Positions 1-12,908 are shown, counted from the stretch's first letter. The stretch: DNA of 64,000 nucleotides from Camelus ferus (GCF_009834535.1 NC_045696.1:101496001-101560000), one strand, 5' to 3'. Translations and numbers: made by a program. The notes: generated from the sequence alone by a model not told the origin.

Positions 1-80
1 TATTCCAATGTGACATTTTCGAAAAGCATAAAGCAGCCTGAAGGCCTGGTAGAAAGGGAACAAGGGAAGAAATGTTTAAG
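1..80 (-). other. Candidate 3' splice acceptor and start of an exon that runs off the left edge of the window
   Basis: The minus strand reads cttaaac (branch-like), then atttcttcccttgttccctttctacCAG|GCCTTCAG|GCTGC. The AG is at 47-46, with a second AG at 39-38. The 45 nt downstream are open in all three frames (e.g. PSGCFMLFENVTLE). The product is not recognised. Confidence 0.4.
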
Positions 81-920
81 ATAAAACAAAAATACCTGAT
101 AGTATTCAAGGCTGCCTGGTCACATTGAATAATCTATTTTATGGCTAAAGCTTAATGGACAATCACGATGCGGCAGTTGTGCCTTCTCTACCGCGTTTGA
201 TTGATGATACGAGACTTCCTACCTATTTCTGGAGATGTCTTGAGGATTATTAGATAATAGGCAGAATGAACACCATATGTTAGCAGTGTAAGAATAAATT
301 AAAGAGGGCGTTCTACAATTTGTACACACTGACCAACGAAGAGGAGAAGAGGGAGCATATGCGGAAGACAAAGATTAGTACAAAAATAAGGTGAGAGACA
401 GAGCAGTGTGATGAAGGCAGAATAAATGATGAAGCTTAAATAGCTTTGTCCATTCCTGCTTATCAGTGAAAGGGCTGAGTCAGATCCTGGAGCCTGTGTT
501 CTTAAGCCAGGGAGTCCTGAGAGGGTATCCGTGGGAAATTCAAGGGACATTAAAATCTCCAAATTTGAAGGTAAATACTAAAAACTAAATATGTGCATGT
601 TTCTAGGGAGAGGAACCTAACTGTAATCACATTTGTTTGAAGTTTTAAGGTTCACTCAACCTAAACTAGACAATTTGTTAGAGTCTGACGTCAGGCTCAA
701 AGACAGCTCAGAGGAAGCCTAGCAATTGTGTCAGTTGCATTGAAAGTGGCCCATTGTCCAGAGCCATTAGGGGTCAGTGTGGGGTCAGCTGCTCTGGCAG
801 AAGGGGTGAGGCCCTACACCCTCATCTTGCCAGCTGTCCTTCAAGGTCGAAATCAAACAGCGCTATCTCTTCACAACTCCCTGTAGGAGTTCATGTCCTG
901 AGAGGAAGGCACAAACATGC

Positions 921-948
921 CTATATATATACACATATAAAATAGGTA

Positions 949-979
<31 letters not shown>
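921..979. repeat. (TA)n-rich microsatellite
   Basis: Interrupted tatatata run. Confidence 0.9.
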
Positions 980-1029
980 CCCAAATCAAAATCAATATTA
1001 ATAATTATGGATTTTTCCAAATGAGAATG

Positions 1030-1700
1030 GGTTACTGGAGAAACTGGAACCCTTGTGCACTGTTGGTAGACAAGTAAAATAGTGTGGCCACTATGGAAAC
1101 AAGTATTGTGGCTTCTCGAAAAATTAAAAATAGACCTGCCATACGAGACATCAATTCCACTTCTGGGTGTATACCCAAAAGAATTGAAAGCAGGGTCTCA
1201 AAGAGATTTGTGTACAACCATGTTCTGTGCAATCTTATTTATAATAGCCAAAAGGTAGAAGCAACTGAAATGCCCATTGACAATAGGATGGAATAAAATG
1301 TGGTGTATACATACAGTGACATATTAGTTAGCCTTAAAATAGGAAGGAAATTCTGGCGCAGGCTACAACGTGGATGAACTTTGAGGACAGTGTAGTAAGT
1401 GAAGTAAGCCAGTCCTGAAAGACAAATACTGTATGATTCTACTTTATATGAGGTGCCTAGAGTAGTTACATTCGTAGGGACAGAAAATAGAATGGCGGTT
1501 GCCATGGGCTCAGGGGAGGTGGGCACGGTGAGTTGTTACTTAATGGGTATTTAGATTTATAAGATGAAAAGAGTTTTGGAGATTGGTGGCATAATAATTT
1601 GAATATACTTAATATTGTTAACTGTATACTTAAAAATGGTTAAGGTGGTAAATTTTATGTTATGTATATTTTACCACAATTATTTTTTTTAATTAAAGAA
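1030..1700 (+). mobile_element. LINE-1 3' fragment (ORF2 end plus 3' UTR), L1MB-like
   Basis: Contains typical L1 motifs: ggaacccttgtgcactgttggt, caattccacttctgggtgtatacccaaaagaattgaaagcaggg, ggatgaactttgaggaca, and the end aaaatggttaaggtggtaaattttatgttatgtatattttaccacaat. Confidence 0.9.
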
Positions 1701-1719
1701 AAAATCATAGGTTACTTCT

Positions 1720-1990
1720 ATTACTGACCTAGAGGGATTTCATGCTGCATTATTAAGTGAGACGAGCAAGTAACAAAATAATAAGTATCTCATAATCCCA
1801 TTTTTGGAAAACAAACATACATTTTAAATGTGTTAATTCAAATTTATAAAAATCACAAAGAAAGGTGTGCAAAGATACATATTAATCTATTAGGTTATTT
1901 CAAGCAGGCAATGGAAGTTGATTAATTTTTCTAGTAATTTTCTCTATTTTTTTCAGTTATACAGTGAGCACTTGCTTAAATAATTAAAAA
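1720..1990 (+). mobile_element. Old L1 (L1ME/L1MC-like) 3' UTR fragment
   Basis: Degenerate ttaagtgagacgagcaagtaacaaaataataagtat...ataatcccattttt motif. Confidence 0.5.
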
Positions 1991-2449
1991 TAAAAATTAC
2001 CAGAAAATGACACCTGTGATAAGAAATCAAATAGACATAGACACCAAAGTTTAATGAAGTGAGATGAAGGCAAGAGAAAGTCTCTGGGCCTAGGGGTGTT
2101 TCTGAAAGGCCTCACAGCCAGGTTTACATAAGTGCTGGATCTTGAGCTCATAGTGGCTAAACAGAGATTTTCCAGATCCAGAATGAACAAGAGTCAAGAG
2201 GGCATATCGGATAGAGATGATGTCTGCTGTTACTGTTGTAATTGTGAAAATAATTCCATGCATATCACTTTTTCCCTCCTCATCTCCTGAAGTTTGTGAG
2301 CAATATCAGATTGTTATGCAACTATGGGTAACATTTTAATGACACAGAAGAGAATTCATTACTTTAAATATTTAACCCCTCAAATATGCTTTTCTAATTT
2401 AACACCACGCCATGCTACACCATGAACAGTCCTCTGGGACAACAGATAA

Positions 2450-2850
2450 AGATTTAACTCATTTTTTTGACAAATTCATAAATTAAAAAAATCTTATTCA
2501 TAAACAAAAGGAATAAAAGTCAATGAATTCAGTAAATTAAAAAGCAATAAATTAACTTAAGAAAAACAGAAGGGAAGAAATAACAACATTAAAAATTTAC
2601 AGAATTGATAAACAAATCTAAGATGAGTGGGAAAACCAACCAGCATAAAAGAAGACTTTGCAAAACTCTATCTAAAAGCATTTAAAATTTAAGTGAAATA
2701 GAAGATTTTTTTAGGAAAACACAAATTCCTGAAATTGATACCAGAAGACAGAGAAAACTGAAATAGATCAAATGCCACATAAGAAACTGAGAAACTTAAC
2801 AATGTGAAAAAAACCCTCAAATGCTCAGAATTTACAAAGGTCATTGAAGT
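2450..2850 (+). mobile_element. Degenerate L1 ORF2 fragment
   Basis: aatttaagtgaaatagaagattttttaggaaaacacaaattcctgaaattgataccagaagacagagaaaactgaaataga corresponds to the L1 ORF2 segment NLEEMDKFLEKYNLPKL..EEIENLNR. Confidence 0.7.
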
Positions 2851-3669
2851 GAGAAGATGCAATTCGCGTAGAGAGATACACATAACAAAAACTCCCAGTT
2901 CCTAGCATTTGACATGTGTTTAGTTGTGATATAGCCATTGATGCAGATATAGCCTAAGGATGTGTTTAGATGTAAAGCCAACAAAGAAAAGTTGTTCTCT
3001 CCCCATTTCTGCCCATCTGTGCTAACCCTGTTAGACTGACTTAACAAAGTTCTTGACTAGCTGTCAATCTCACTCTGCAAGAGAAGCCCTAGGAGGCTGG
3101 GCTATTGGTGGGGCTGTTCTGTACCATGTGACCCTCATTACTGATTGGACACAAGATGAATATCTGACTGAAGGATACTAAACGTATAAACTGATCAACG
3201 GGCTACAAAATATTCTTGGTCAATCAGGAACACTTTGGAAATTTTACTAGTAGCAAATAAAAAAAACAGTTGCTCAGTGAATCATAGAAGCAGCTGCAGA
3301 TAGGAGTAGCCAAGTTGTGTTAATAGCTGTATAAAATTAATGGCACCCAAACATAAAAGACTGCCACACTCAGCTGCCGGAAGGCACAATGATAATCCAC
3401 CCAGAGTGGCTTTGGATCTTAATAGCCTTTCAGTAGCCATCCCCCTCAAAGCCTGGGCAGATTAGGATTTCTGTTCTTCTGATGAGGCTCAAGGGATTGG
3501 GTTTTCTTAAGCATAGTCAGGATTCCTGTCTTTGTTATTTCCACTTCCATCCAGACAGTAAACGCCCCCCACCTCACCAATCAGTTGAGAAAGTTTCTGT
3601 TCTGGGTTCTAGCCTAAGAAACAAACCATCCTCAGAAAACATTTTGAATCCCTGGACTGGTGGCTTGAT

Positions 3670-3860
3670 TTACCACTTTGGAAAGATGAAAGGAACTGAT
3701 CTTTTTCTAAGGCTGAAAAGGCTGTGGGAAAATTTATTAATGGTATTCAAGAATATGATGGATTCTTACACAGGTGGTACTAACCAGCTGTTCTCCGTCT
3801 CTACTGAGAGCAGAACAAAGGGAAATGGTGTTAAATTGCAAAATTAGGGATTTTGTCAAT
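3670..3860 (+). mobile_element. CR1/L3 LINE fragment (C-terminal part of ORF2)
   Basis: The translation KRLWENLLMVFKNMMDSYTGGTNQLFSVSTESRTKGNGVKLQ matches the CR1 motif KRRLRGDLI.VFKY.KG......QLFS.....RTRGNG.KL. ER*KEL sits just upstream in another frame (3681-3698). Confidence 0.8.
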
Positions 3861-4370
3861 TTAATAAATCACCCAGTCCTCATTCTATCATCTCCCACTC
3901 CCTATCCCAGTTGCTAACCTTTTCAGCTAAGTGTTCATTACAAGGCATTTCATTCTCAATTCCATTTATTCCTAAATAGGAGGATCTGGGCAGCCCTGTT
4001 CTTTGATTTATGGAGGTACAGTGTACTGCACGAGTTCTTCTCAAATCTACTTCTGTGATGAAGCCTTGCTTGTCAGAAGCACTATGCTGAGCAGCAGAAT
4101 GAGGACAAGCACTGACACACTTTTCAGTTCTGATCACAGTGAGGATCTGATGCCAAACAACATGGAGCCACACAATTTCTCAACATTGTTTTGTCTGTTT
4201 CCCTCCAAGCAGTGTGGTCACAGGACACTTGGCTGTCAGCTCTAGGGCAGCCCTGCAGCTAGGAGTCTGAGTATTACAAAGAAGAATTTAATTTTGTGAA
4301 ATGAACCTAATGAAAGTTTACAGGGTTAGCAGAGTCTTAGAACCAAGGAACAAATGGAAAATATACTGAG

Positions 4371-4504
4371 AGGAGGGGGAGGGTATAGCTCAGTGGTAAA
4401 GTGCATGCCTAGCATACACAAGGTCCTGGGTTCAATCCCCAGTACCTCTAAACATAAAGAAAGAAATAAACCTAATTACTGCCACCCCCAAAAAAAGAAT
4501 TATT
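4371..4504 (+). mobile_element. tRNA-derived SINE, camelid vic-1-like
   Basis: A box TAGCTCAGTGG (4386-4396), B box GGTTCAATCC (4429-4438), aaataaacctaattac and an A-rich tail. Perfect 13-bp TSD aaaatatactgag at 4358-4370 and 4505-4517. Confidence 0.9.
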
Positions 4505-5439
4505 AAAATATACTGAGGGCCTCTGTCCATGGAGAGAGGGTTGTGCTTAGCAGGGATGGCAACCTGGACACTTACTGAGACTTGGCAGTGACAACAAATT
4601 GAGATGTGCTCAGGATTTGAATACTCATCTCACTAGTATCTACCCCTCAAGATACCAAAAAGAGCAGGCGTCTTTAAGGTTTTGAGAAAGTTATCTGCTG
4701 ATGTTCCCAGAACAATCAAACAAGAAAGACCACATTGTGTTCCATCCAGAGACAGCTAATAGCAAAAGAAGAACTTAAAAGTGCACACTGGACTATTTCA
4801 ATGTGTTTATACGGAAAGAAAACTGCATGGAATATTCCACACAGTAAGGAGAAGAACTGCTGACCCGGTCCACACTGATGTCACAGCTCATCAAATTAGA
4901 GAGAAGCTGCTTCCACTTACAGGAGGCTTTTGATTTTCTCATTTTGATTGTTCCCCTAGGATAAAAGCTGCTCTCAATGAAAAGACATCAGTCTTCCAGT
5001 GGCCCTGACAACAGATAACGGCCCACACATTACTCAGCACAAAATATGCCTGTGCCCTTTACAAATACCATCAGCATCTCAGTACCACCCAATTCATTTG
5101 GCTTTGATTTTGCCATTTCCCCAGACCGTGAAAAGCAAAACAGTCATACGGATTTATGGCGGTGCCACCGCTATTTGCAGTAAATAAGCGCACGCCACGA
5201 GAGGCACACACAAGATGGTAACGGAGTCGACGTGAGGGGGCAGCTCTTCTTACAGGACTTCTGTTCTACTGGAACGACAACCTCATAAGCTTAGTAGTTT
5301 AACATTGATTTTGGAGTCTGAGAGCATCAGGATGAAAAGATGACTACAAAAAGGACAGATTCATAGTTCACTATTTATCATTATTTTATTGAAAATAAAA
5401 ATGAGCCAGCACTTTTAAATTTGCTTTTGCTGTTTAAAC

Positions 5440-5547
5440 CTGTGTGTATGTACGTGTGTGAACATACATACACATATATACACACACACATAAATATAAC
5501 ATATATGTATACATGTAATACACACATGCAATGTAGGTATATATGTA
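5440..5547. repeat. (CA)/(TA) low-complexity tract
   Basis: Mixed tgtg/caca/tata dinucleotide repeats. Confidence 0.8.
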
Positions 5548-8529
5548 ATCATTATTACTTTATTGCTTTATTTTGACCTTTTAAATCAGTATTTTACCCC
5601 ATCCCCCATGACAGATCTATATCTATGAAAGAGCACTGCAGTAGAGGATGGAGGTCAAGATTGTCTTAGGTCAAAAGAAAACAATAAAGTGATGTCTGAT
5701 TCCACAAAACATGGACATCTCATTCCTTTGCATCACAGCTTACATTCATCACCTGCTATAGTAAATGCCGAAATACTGAACAGCAGTCTTAGATCCCCAA
5801 ACTCTGAAATGTGGGAGAAGAATCAGAAATTCTGAACAACAGTGTTGGCCCCACAAACTGAAATTCAGGTGGAAGACCAGCTGGACCCAATACCTAAAAT
5901 ATGCTCAGGCCAGGAGCTAAACAGGGCCTGCACACTGCGTGTTCTTACTCTGAAACTGCTTGAGAACCTCAGTGGAACATTCTAGTCAAACTCTGCCATA
6001 TTTTTAAATCATCAGATAAATGTTTTAGGACTTCCATAAGAAATGCCTGTGTTTCTAGGCCACGCCACTGACATTAGCTTCAAGAGCTCATAAATTATTC
6101 CTCAGAGCCTTTAAGAGGGTGACAGGTTGTAAACTTGCTTACTTTTGTCCAACACTCCCCTCCAGCCCCATAGCAACTTTCTCAATTTAGCAAATTCTCT
6201 TTCTCCAGCCATTAGCCTTGACAGGCAGGCAAAGGGGGTTGAGGGGGACTGGCTGCCTAATTATCCCAGTGACCAAACTTCTAAAACTCTGGAGTCTAAT
6301 AAGAAAGGATATAAATGCAAGACATTCTCTTTGCTTATGTGGAGGAATGTCATTATATCTTCTAGAAGTATACTTAATGAGATAGTTTAAATACTTCGGA
6401 AAGAAAGGGGCTTGATTACTACAGCCGTTGACAAAGTTAAGAGCTCATTTATGGTGGTTTTATGTATCTAAAATGCACTTTCCATACATAAGAATGGAAA
6501 TCTGCTGGATGATAAACTCTGTTAAAAGGAAGATTCTATCGTATACTTAAATCCCTTCGAGGATACTGAGTGCTCTATGTGATAACTATTATAATTACAA
6601 GCATTTGTCAAGATGGCCTAAAACACTCTTATCACAAAAAGCTTGATTATAACAGTAGGCTGATGTGGTTAGAAGTTCTATCATAGTGATTGTGTATAAA
6701 AGCCTACGTGGTACATTTGTGAAACGGAAGAATGGTTTTAGTGCTCAGCGCTAAAAGTCTAGAAAAGCTCCATTTGTGATTTAAGCACCCCAAGGAAGGG
6801 TAAGGGGGGCTTAGACATGGGCTTTGAAGCCCAGGCTGAATCCTCATTATTAAAATCTCTTGGGGGTAATAATACAACCGTGGCTTTGGAAAAGGTAGTA
6901 ACGGAGTTTGACATTGTTTCCAACCGCTGACATGACAGATTCGGAGGAGTCTGAGAATAGCTCAACGTCTGTGGATGTTATTAATTATGTTATAAATAGC
7001 TTCACATTTATTTTCACCTTTAGCCATGCAGTAGACCAGATGAGTTTCTAGACCCAATTTCAAGTTCAACTGTTGCAGTCACTCCAAGAGATCCTCTTAC
7101 CTATTTGAATTCAACTCCAAATCACAATTTAAAACCCCTTGGAATCTATTGAAAGTTTCATAGAACGAACGTGCTGGAAGTTGGATTTAACAAATGGTCA
7201 TTTTATTTGACCTTCCATTCTTCCTTGAGTGAAGAACAAAAAAAGGTGGCAAAACAATACAGTCCTACAAATTTTATAAAGTGCTTATGTACCAAAAAAT
7301 TTAAAACAATGTTATTTGATAGATACAGCAAATCTGTGGTGGAAAACAATGAATTCTAACAGGCAAACATACAGTTCTTGGAGCTATACAAGGATAATTC
7401 TTTGACTAAAAAGCACTGGAAGCTCTGAGAGAGCTGTAACTTAAACTTTCAAAGCTGAAGGAAGTAAATAACTGAAAGAGTGTGATATCACTTCAGGAAA
7501 ACACCCACGTTCGACTTAATGAGAAACTGCATCACCTCTCCAAACCCATTTCTTACCCAGAGGGGAAGAGAGTGCAGAGACAAACCCTTACACTGCCATC
7601 TATTCTCTAGGTACTGTATTTTCAAAATTCATCAGCTGATAAAGTACGAGGGAAGATGCTTCATGTTATTTATTTATTTATTTTTTGCTGGAAAAAGTAA
7701 GCAGTTACTGAAAAAACAAATGAGCAATTTTATAGTTGAAACTCAAACAGAACATTCAGGCTTGAAGCTTCCAGAAGGATGGGGACCAAGTCTTCCAGCT
7801 TCCTGAAGCATGCTTGCTTTTGCAATGTCACCCAAACCATCTCCCTAACAATTTAAAAAATTATTACCTTATAGTCTCTTATTCCATCATTATATGATAG
7901 CAATTTTAAAACTTATTGCTTTATATTCTCTTGTTACATCATTACATTGTATTGTAGTTATTCTTATTATCTATATATGTCCAACTTGTCTCCAAGGCTA
8001 GAAAATCCTAAAATTTCCACAGAGCACACATGGAAGCACATACGTGTGCACCCCACACTGGTGGTGTCGGTGGAGGAGCTTGCCTGTGCTGAGAGCTGGG
8101 GTGGCGGGGTGGGCTCACCTTACCTGTGACCCGTTCATGTATCACAAGAAAAAGCTCTGCACTAGATTCTGGGCTCACTGAGGGCAGGGTGTTCATCTTC
8201 ATGCCTACAGCTCCTGAAGAAGTGCCCTCAATAAGTACAGGTATGAAAATGAAGAAATAATTCCTGGAGGTGGAATTTGGGCCTTACACAGCCCAAACTC
8301 CAGCCACTAGTCCCCACTTGTACCTCATCCTAGGCTCTGAAGTATTCAAATAATAGATTCATGTTCTGTGCACTTACTGCCTTGCTACATGGTGAACACT
8401 CAACAAAAAATCCTGAGTTATGGTATCTTCAACAGAGCAATGCCAGGATGTTACTGCCACAGGAACAACTCCACGACCGTCCCATGTACATTATCAGAGA
8501 CCTAAGAGTTCATCCGACACGTCCCTCCT

Positions 8530-9075
8530 TCCCCCACATCCAGTCAAGCGCTACTTCCGGCCACTCTAACCTCCTAATGTCTCTCCAATCCATCCATTTC
8601 TAGGATCATCGGCTGTCATCACCTCTCACTTGGACAATTTCCATACTCTCCCAATCTCTCTCAAAGCATTCAGCTGCCTTTCTTCACACAGTAGCCTAAA
8701 AGAACCTTCAAACACAGGCATATGATAACCTCACCTAAAATCTTTCAATCTCTGATCAGTGCTCTTATGATTAAAAAAAGAAAATTCTTAATGTGGTCTA
8801 TGGTGAGCCTGTGCCTACGGATCTCACAGGGCTCAGCTAGCCTATTATTGTGCAGTTTCTCCTCTCTTATTTTGCAATCATAGCACTTTCTGTTACTTCC
8901 CTAAATACAACTGCACTCCCACTTCAGAACATTAACAAATGCACTTTGTTTTGGATGACCTACTCACCCTTCCTTCTTAACCTTGTTAATGCCTACTTGT
9001 ACAGTAAATGCAGATCAAAAGTCAAAATCTCAAGAGAAGCTTAAGAAACATTTATTAGGTCCCTAACAAATGTTC
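8530..9075 (+). mobile_element. L2 LINE 3' fragment
   Basis: ccccacatccagtc...acctcctaatgtctctccaatccatcca...tcatcacctctcacttggac resembles the L2 3' consensus. Confidence 0.65.
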
Positions 9076-9139
9076 TGTTTCCCCCCAAGCTTTTTGTACA
9101 GGAGTAAACAAGATAGAAAAGATGCCTGCTCTCATGTAA

Positions 9140-9560
9140 GCTATGAAGCAAGATTTCATTTGGCTGCTAGTAACCAAAAGCCCTGCTATAGTAGCCAAGT
9201 ATGTAATAAATTTTTTTTTCTCCAGTACAAGAAGTGGCAAGTCTTGGATGATACAGTATGTCAGCTAAATAATGTCATCAGCGGTTCCATGATTCTTTCC
9301 ATATTCTTACCTCTTTGCCTTAATGCAGAACCCTCGGTGTACTCATTCCTATCATTCTTGGCCAAAAGATGACTGTTCTTTAGACTTCAAGGTAGGGATA
9401 CAAGGAAAGGAGGGGTAATATTTCTTACTAGGAAAGTAAAGTCTCTGCAGAAAGTACTCAGTAGACATCCCTTTATAACTCATTCACCAGAACTGCCATG
9501 TTTTGCTTCTGTACTATAGTGGAGACCAGGATACTGCATTTTATTAGCTGGACAATTGCC
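9140..9560 (-). mobile_element. Old MaLR LTR fragment (MLT1J/K-like)
   Basis: ttcatttggctgctagtaaccaaaagccc resembles the reverse-complemented MLT1 3' end. Confidence 0.45.
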
Positions 9561-9654
9561 ACACTGAATAAAACCAAGCTTCTGTTATTAAGGAAGAAAG
9601 GAAGAGTGGGTACAGAGTCTCCTACATGAAATTCACAGGTCGAAGAAGAAACAC

Positions 9655-10167
9655 TGTGTTCAACAGAATAATGGCCCACCAAAGATGTCCACCTTCTACT
9701 CCCCAGAACCTGTAAATATGTTAGTCACATGGCAAAGGAAAATTAAAGCAGAAGATAGAATTAAGGTTGCCAGTCAGCTGACTTTAAAACAAGGAGATTA
9801 TCTTGGACTATCCAGGTGGTCTCAGTGTAATCACAAGGATACATAACTGTGGGAAAGACAACCGGGGAGATGGCAGTGTGAGAAGGACTTGGCCCATGTT
9901 GTGGTTTTGAAGACTGAGGAAAGAAACCATAAGCCAAGGAAAGCAGGCAGCTCCAGAAGAGGAAAAGGCAAAGAAATGGGTTCTCCTCTAGAACAGGCAG
10001 AAAGGAAGGCACCCTGCCAACACCTTGATCTTAGGGCAGTGAGGTTTGCGTCGGACTTCTGATCTACAGAACTATACAACAGGAATTCTGAGTTATTTTA
10101 AGCCACTAAGTGTAATTGGCTTACACAAATTAGTAATTTATCACAGCTGCAACAAAAAACTAATACA
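9655..10167 (+). mobile_element. MaLR solo LTR, MLT1D-like
   Basis: TG...CA termini. Internal motifs cagaataatggcccaccaaagatgtccac, gattatcttggactatccaggtgg, ctgccaacaccttgat and aaactaataca. 5-bp TSD aacac/gacac. Confidence 0.9.
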
Positions 10168-10251
10168 GACACACACAGACACACACAAATCACTCCAATA
10201 ACTGTTAACTTTACCTCTGATGATTGTTATAAGCAGAGAGCCACAAGACTG

Positions 10252-10360
10252 TTTTTTTTTTAAATTGTGTTATAGTCATTTTATAATGTTGTGTCAAATT
10301 CCAGTGTAGAGCACAATTTTCCAGTTATACATGAACATACGTATATTCATTGTCACATTT
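10252..10360 (-). mobile_element. Severely 5'-truncated young L1 3' end
   Basis: Poly(T) followed by ttatagtcattttataatgttgtgtcaaattccagtgtagagcac. Perfect 10-bp TSD cacaagactg at 10242-10251 and 10361-10370. Confidence 0.85.
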
Positions 10361-12516
10361 CACAAGACTGCTAATAGGGGTACATAATGTAGACTGGGAC
10401 TAAATGTCCAAATGCTTACTTTTTTTTTTTTTTTTATTTTAGAACCTTCAAATTGTAGACTTTTCATGGCTTTCAAACCCTTGCGTCAGTTCTCACCGTC
10501 TTCCATTGTATCCAACCACCATTTTCCAGGTTAAGACCCCAGTACTCAGAACACCACCCAACACATGCTAAGATCTGAATGATTTAATTAGTTAACTCAT
10601 TAATAATCAATTAATTCATTCATTAATAAAGAGTTAATAGTTGTGAGTCTGAAATGTAAAATATAGATTTGTGACTTGTAAGTGTTTAGGGGGTAGTTGT
10701 TCTGATAAAAGAAGTGAGAAAGAGCTGGGAGATTACAAAAAGTAGAAAAAAAGAAGAGTCCAAACCAGAATTGTGGGAAACATCAACATTTAAAAAGTAG
10801 TCAGAAATGAGTATAGATACAGTGTGAACATAAAAAGATACTAGGTACTTGATAGAAAAATCAAGATTTAAAAAATTTAGATAATTTGACTGGACTATTG
10901 AGAAACACATAATCACAAATGTGTATAGCACATGCAGAGCCTGGGAAGAAACCGATCAAAATGTTAACTAGTTGTGTTTGGATTGTGTGCATATTGGTAA
11001 AAATATATTGTGACAATAAAGAATTTGTTTTATTCTTTCTATATTCCAATTTTATGGAATAAAATTCCATGGTATTTTAAAAAATAGCAGTAGCATTTCA
11101 TGGTCTCTTTCAAATGATTCAGAGTTTCCTCCCTTAGATACTCAGAGGGAAAATCTCCCACCTTTTTATCTTGGGGACAGATCCCTTTCCACCTTGACCC
11201 TTGCTGATGGCCTTCACCACTGCACCTCACTCACTGCAATCCTCTCTGTGTCATACACTTGGATTCAGATATTCTAGGCCAAATAAAAATTGCGTTCAGC
11301 GCATGGGCTCAAGTCATCACTCTTATTTTAAAAGGTATTGCAAACTGGTGTCTACAATTTCAGTTTCTTCCCTGATCCACATAGCAAAAGTCAAGTTAGG
11401 CGATCCTTTGTTGAAAAGCCCAAGGGTATTTACATTTAAAAACTGGGAACTTCATTTACATATCACTACTTCCCAGGTGCTGGTGAGGTGTGCCTTGTAT
11501 TGCTGAAGCTGTCAATCAAACTCCAGCCACTAGGCTCTCCAGGGACCAGCCAAGGGACCTAAGGCTAGAGAAGACAAGGACCAAATCTATTCAGCTATGG
11601 ACTCAGAGGATCAGTATAAACTGAAAATAATTGTGGAGGCATTTTAAAGGCCACAGTTTCATGGACAATAACCTTAACAAAACAGTCATAGTGCAGGCAC
11701 ATGCACAAGGTACCATCATGATTAAGACTATATTAAAGGTCAGTTTTTAGGAAAGACTCTGCCTTGAGAGGATGGATGCAGTAATAAATAAATGGAATGA
11801 TAATTTGCCTTTCTTCATCATTTCATCTCTTGCCTTTATACATTAAAGATGATTAAACTACATATCTTAAGATATCTCTTAGTCCATTGTGATATCTGTA
11901 ACACGTAACATTGTGACATAGGGTTGAATGCACCCTGAATAAAACAAACCTTAATTGAAGTGCTTGTTCAATTTCATGGAGAAATGTGGTTGAGTTCCAT
12001 TTTAGAAACTGTTACCAGGATTAATGTATCTAGTATAAACTTGTCTAAATGTTTTTGTTTTGATTTTAATCTAAAAGAGAAAATCAAGACAAGTTTTTGT
12101 TATAGATTCAAAGAGTTGAGATTATTTGGGCTGTGTGGTAAACCACATTTTTAAACATTTGGGGTTTAATCTTTACTGGGATGAAAAAAAAAGGCATAAA
12201 TAAATAGCACTGCTAGTGCCTATTGGATAAAATCAATTGATTATGTTGTTGTTAGACAAGAGAAGAGACTCTTCTTTCTGGATATTTCTCAACTGTGTAA
12301 AAACAGTGATCTCTGTGGCTTCCCACAACTCTCCAATATTATGATGCTAAGGTTCTGTCAGGACCCCCTCACACCACCACACACATCTTTTTGTTGGCTT
12401 AACGTTTTCAGGGTGCTCTGTTTTTCACTGACATATAAAGTCTTTAGGTCTTGTTTTTATTCAAAGCAATAACTTTCATAAATGTATCACCCACTGTCCA
12501 GGGCTTCCTTGCCAAT

Positions 12517-12908
12517 TGGAATGGGTTGAATTGTGCACCCCACTAACCATCTGTGTATTGAAGCCTAACTCCTAGTATCTCAGAATATAACCTTCTTTGG
12601 AAATGGGGTCATTGCAGATATAATTAAGATGAGGTATTGCAGGGACCCTAATCCAGTATGACTGGTGTCCTTATAGAAAAAGGAAATATGAATACAGAGG
12701 CAACATGCATAGGGGAAAGAAAATGTGAAGAAACATAGGAAAAGGAGGCCTGGAAGAGATCCTTCCTTCACAGCCTCTGGAAAACGTCAACTCTGCTGAC
12801 ACCTTGATTTTGGACTTCTAGTCTCCAGAATTGTAAGACAATAAATTTCTGTTGCTTAAGCCACTTATTTTGTGTGCTTTGTTATTGCAGCCTTAGCAAA
12901 CTAATATA
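12517..12908 (+). mobile_element. MaLR solo LTR, MLT1B-like
   Basis: Motifs tgggttgaattgtg, ccctaatccagtatgactggtgtccttat, ctgctgacaccttgattttggacttc, caataaatttctgttg and gcaaactaatata. TSD ccaat/ccatt. Confidence 0.9.

Noticed and set aside
3482..3847. 121-aa ORF as a CDS
   Set aside because: Only the last ~45 codons are meaningful and they are CR1/L3-derived. The upstream part is out of frame with the element.
4381..4450. tRNA-like sequence as a tRNA gene (also at 13291 and 52090)
   Set aside because: It has A/B boxes but also a SINE body, an A-rich tail and TSDs, so it is a tRNA-derived SINE.
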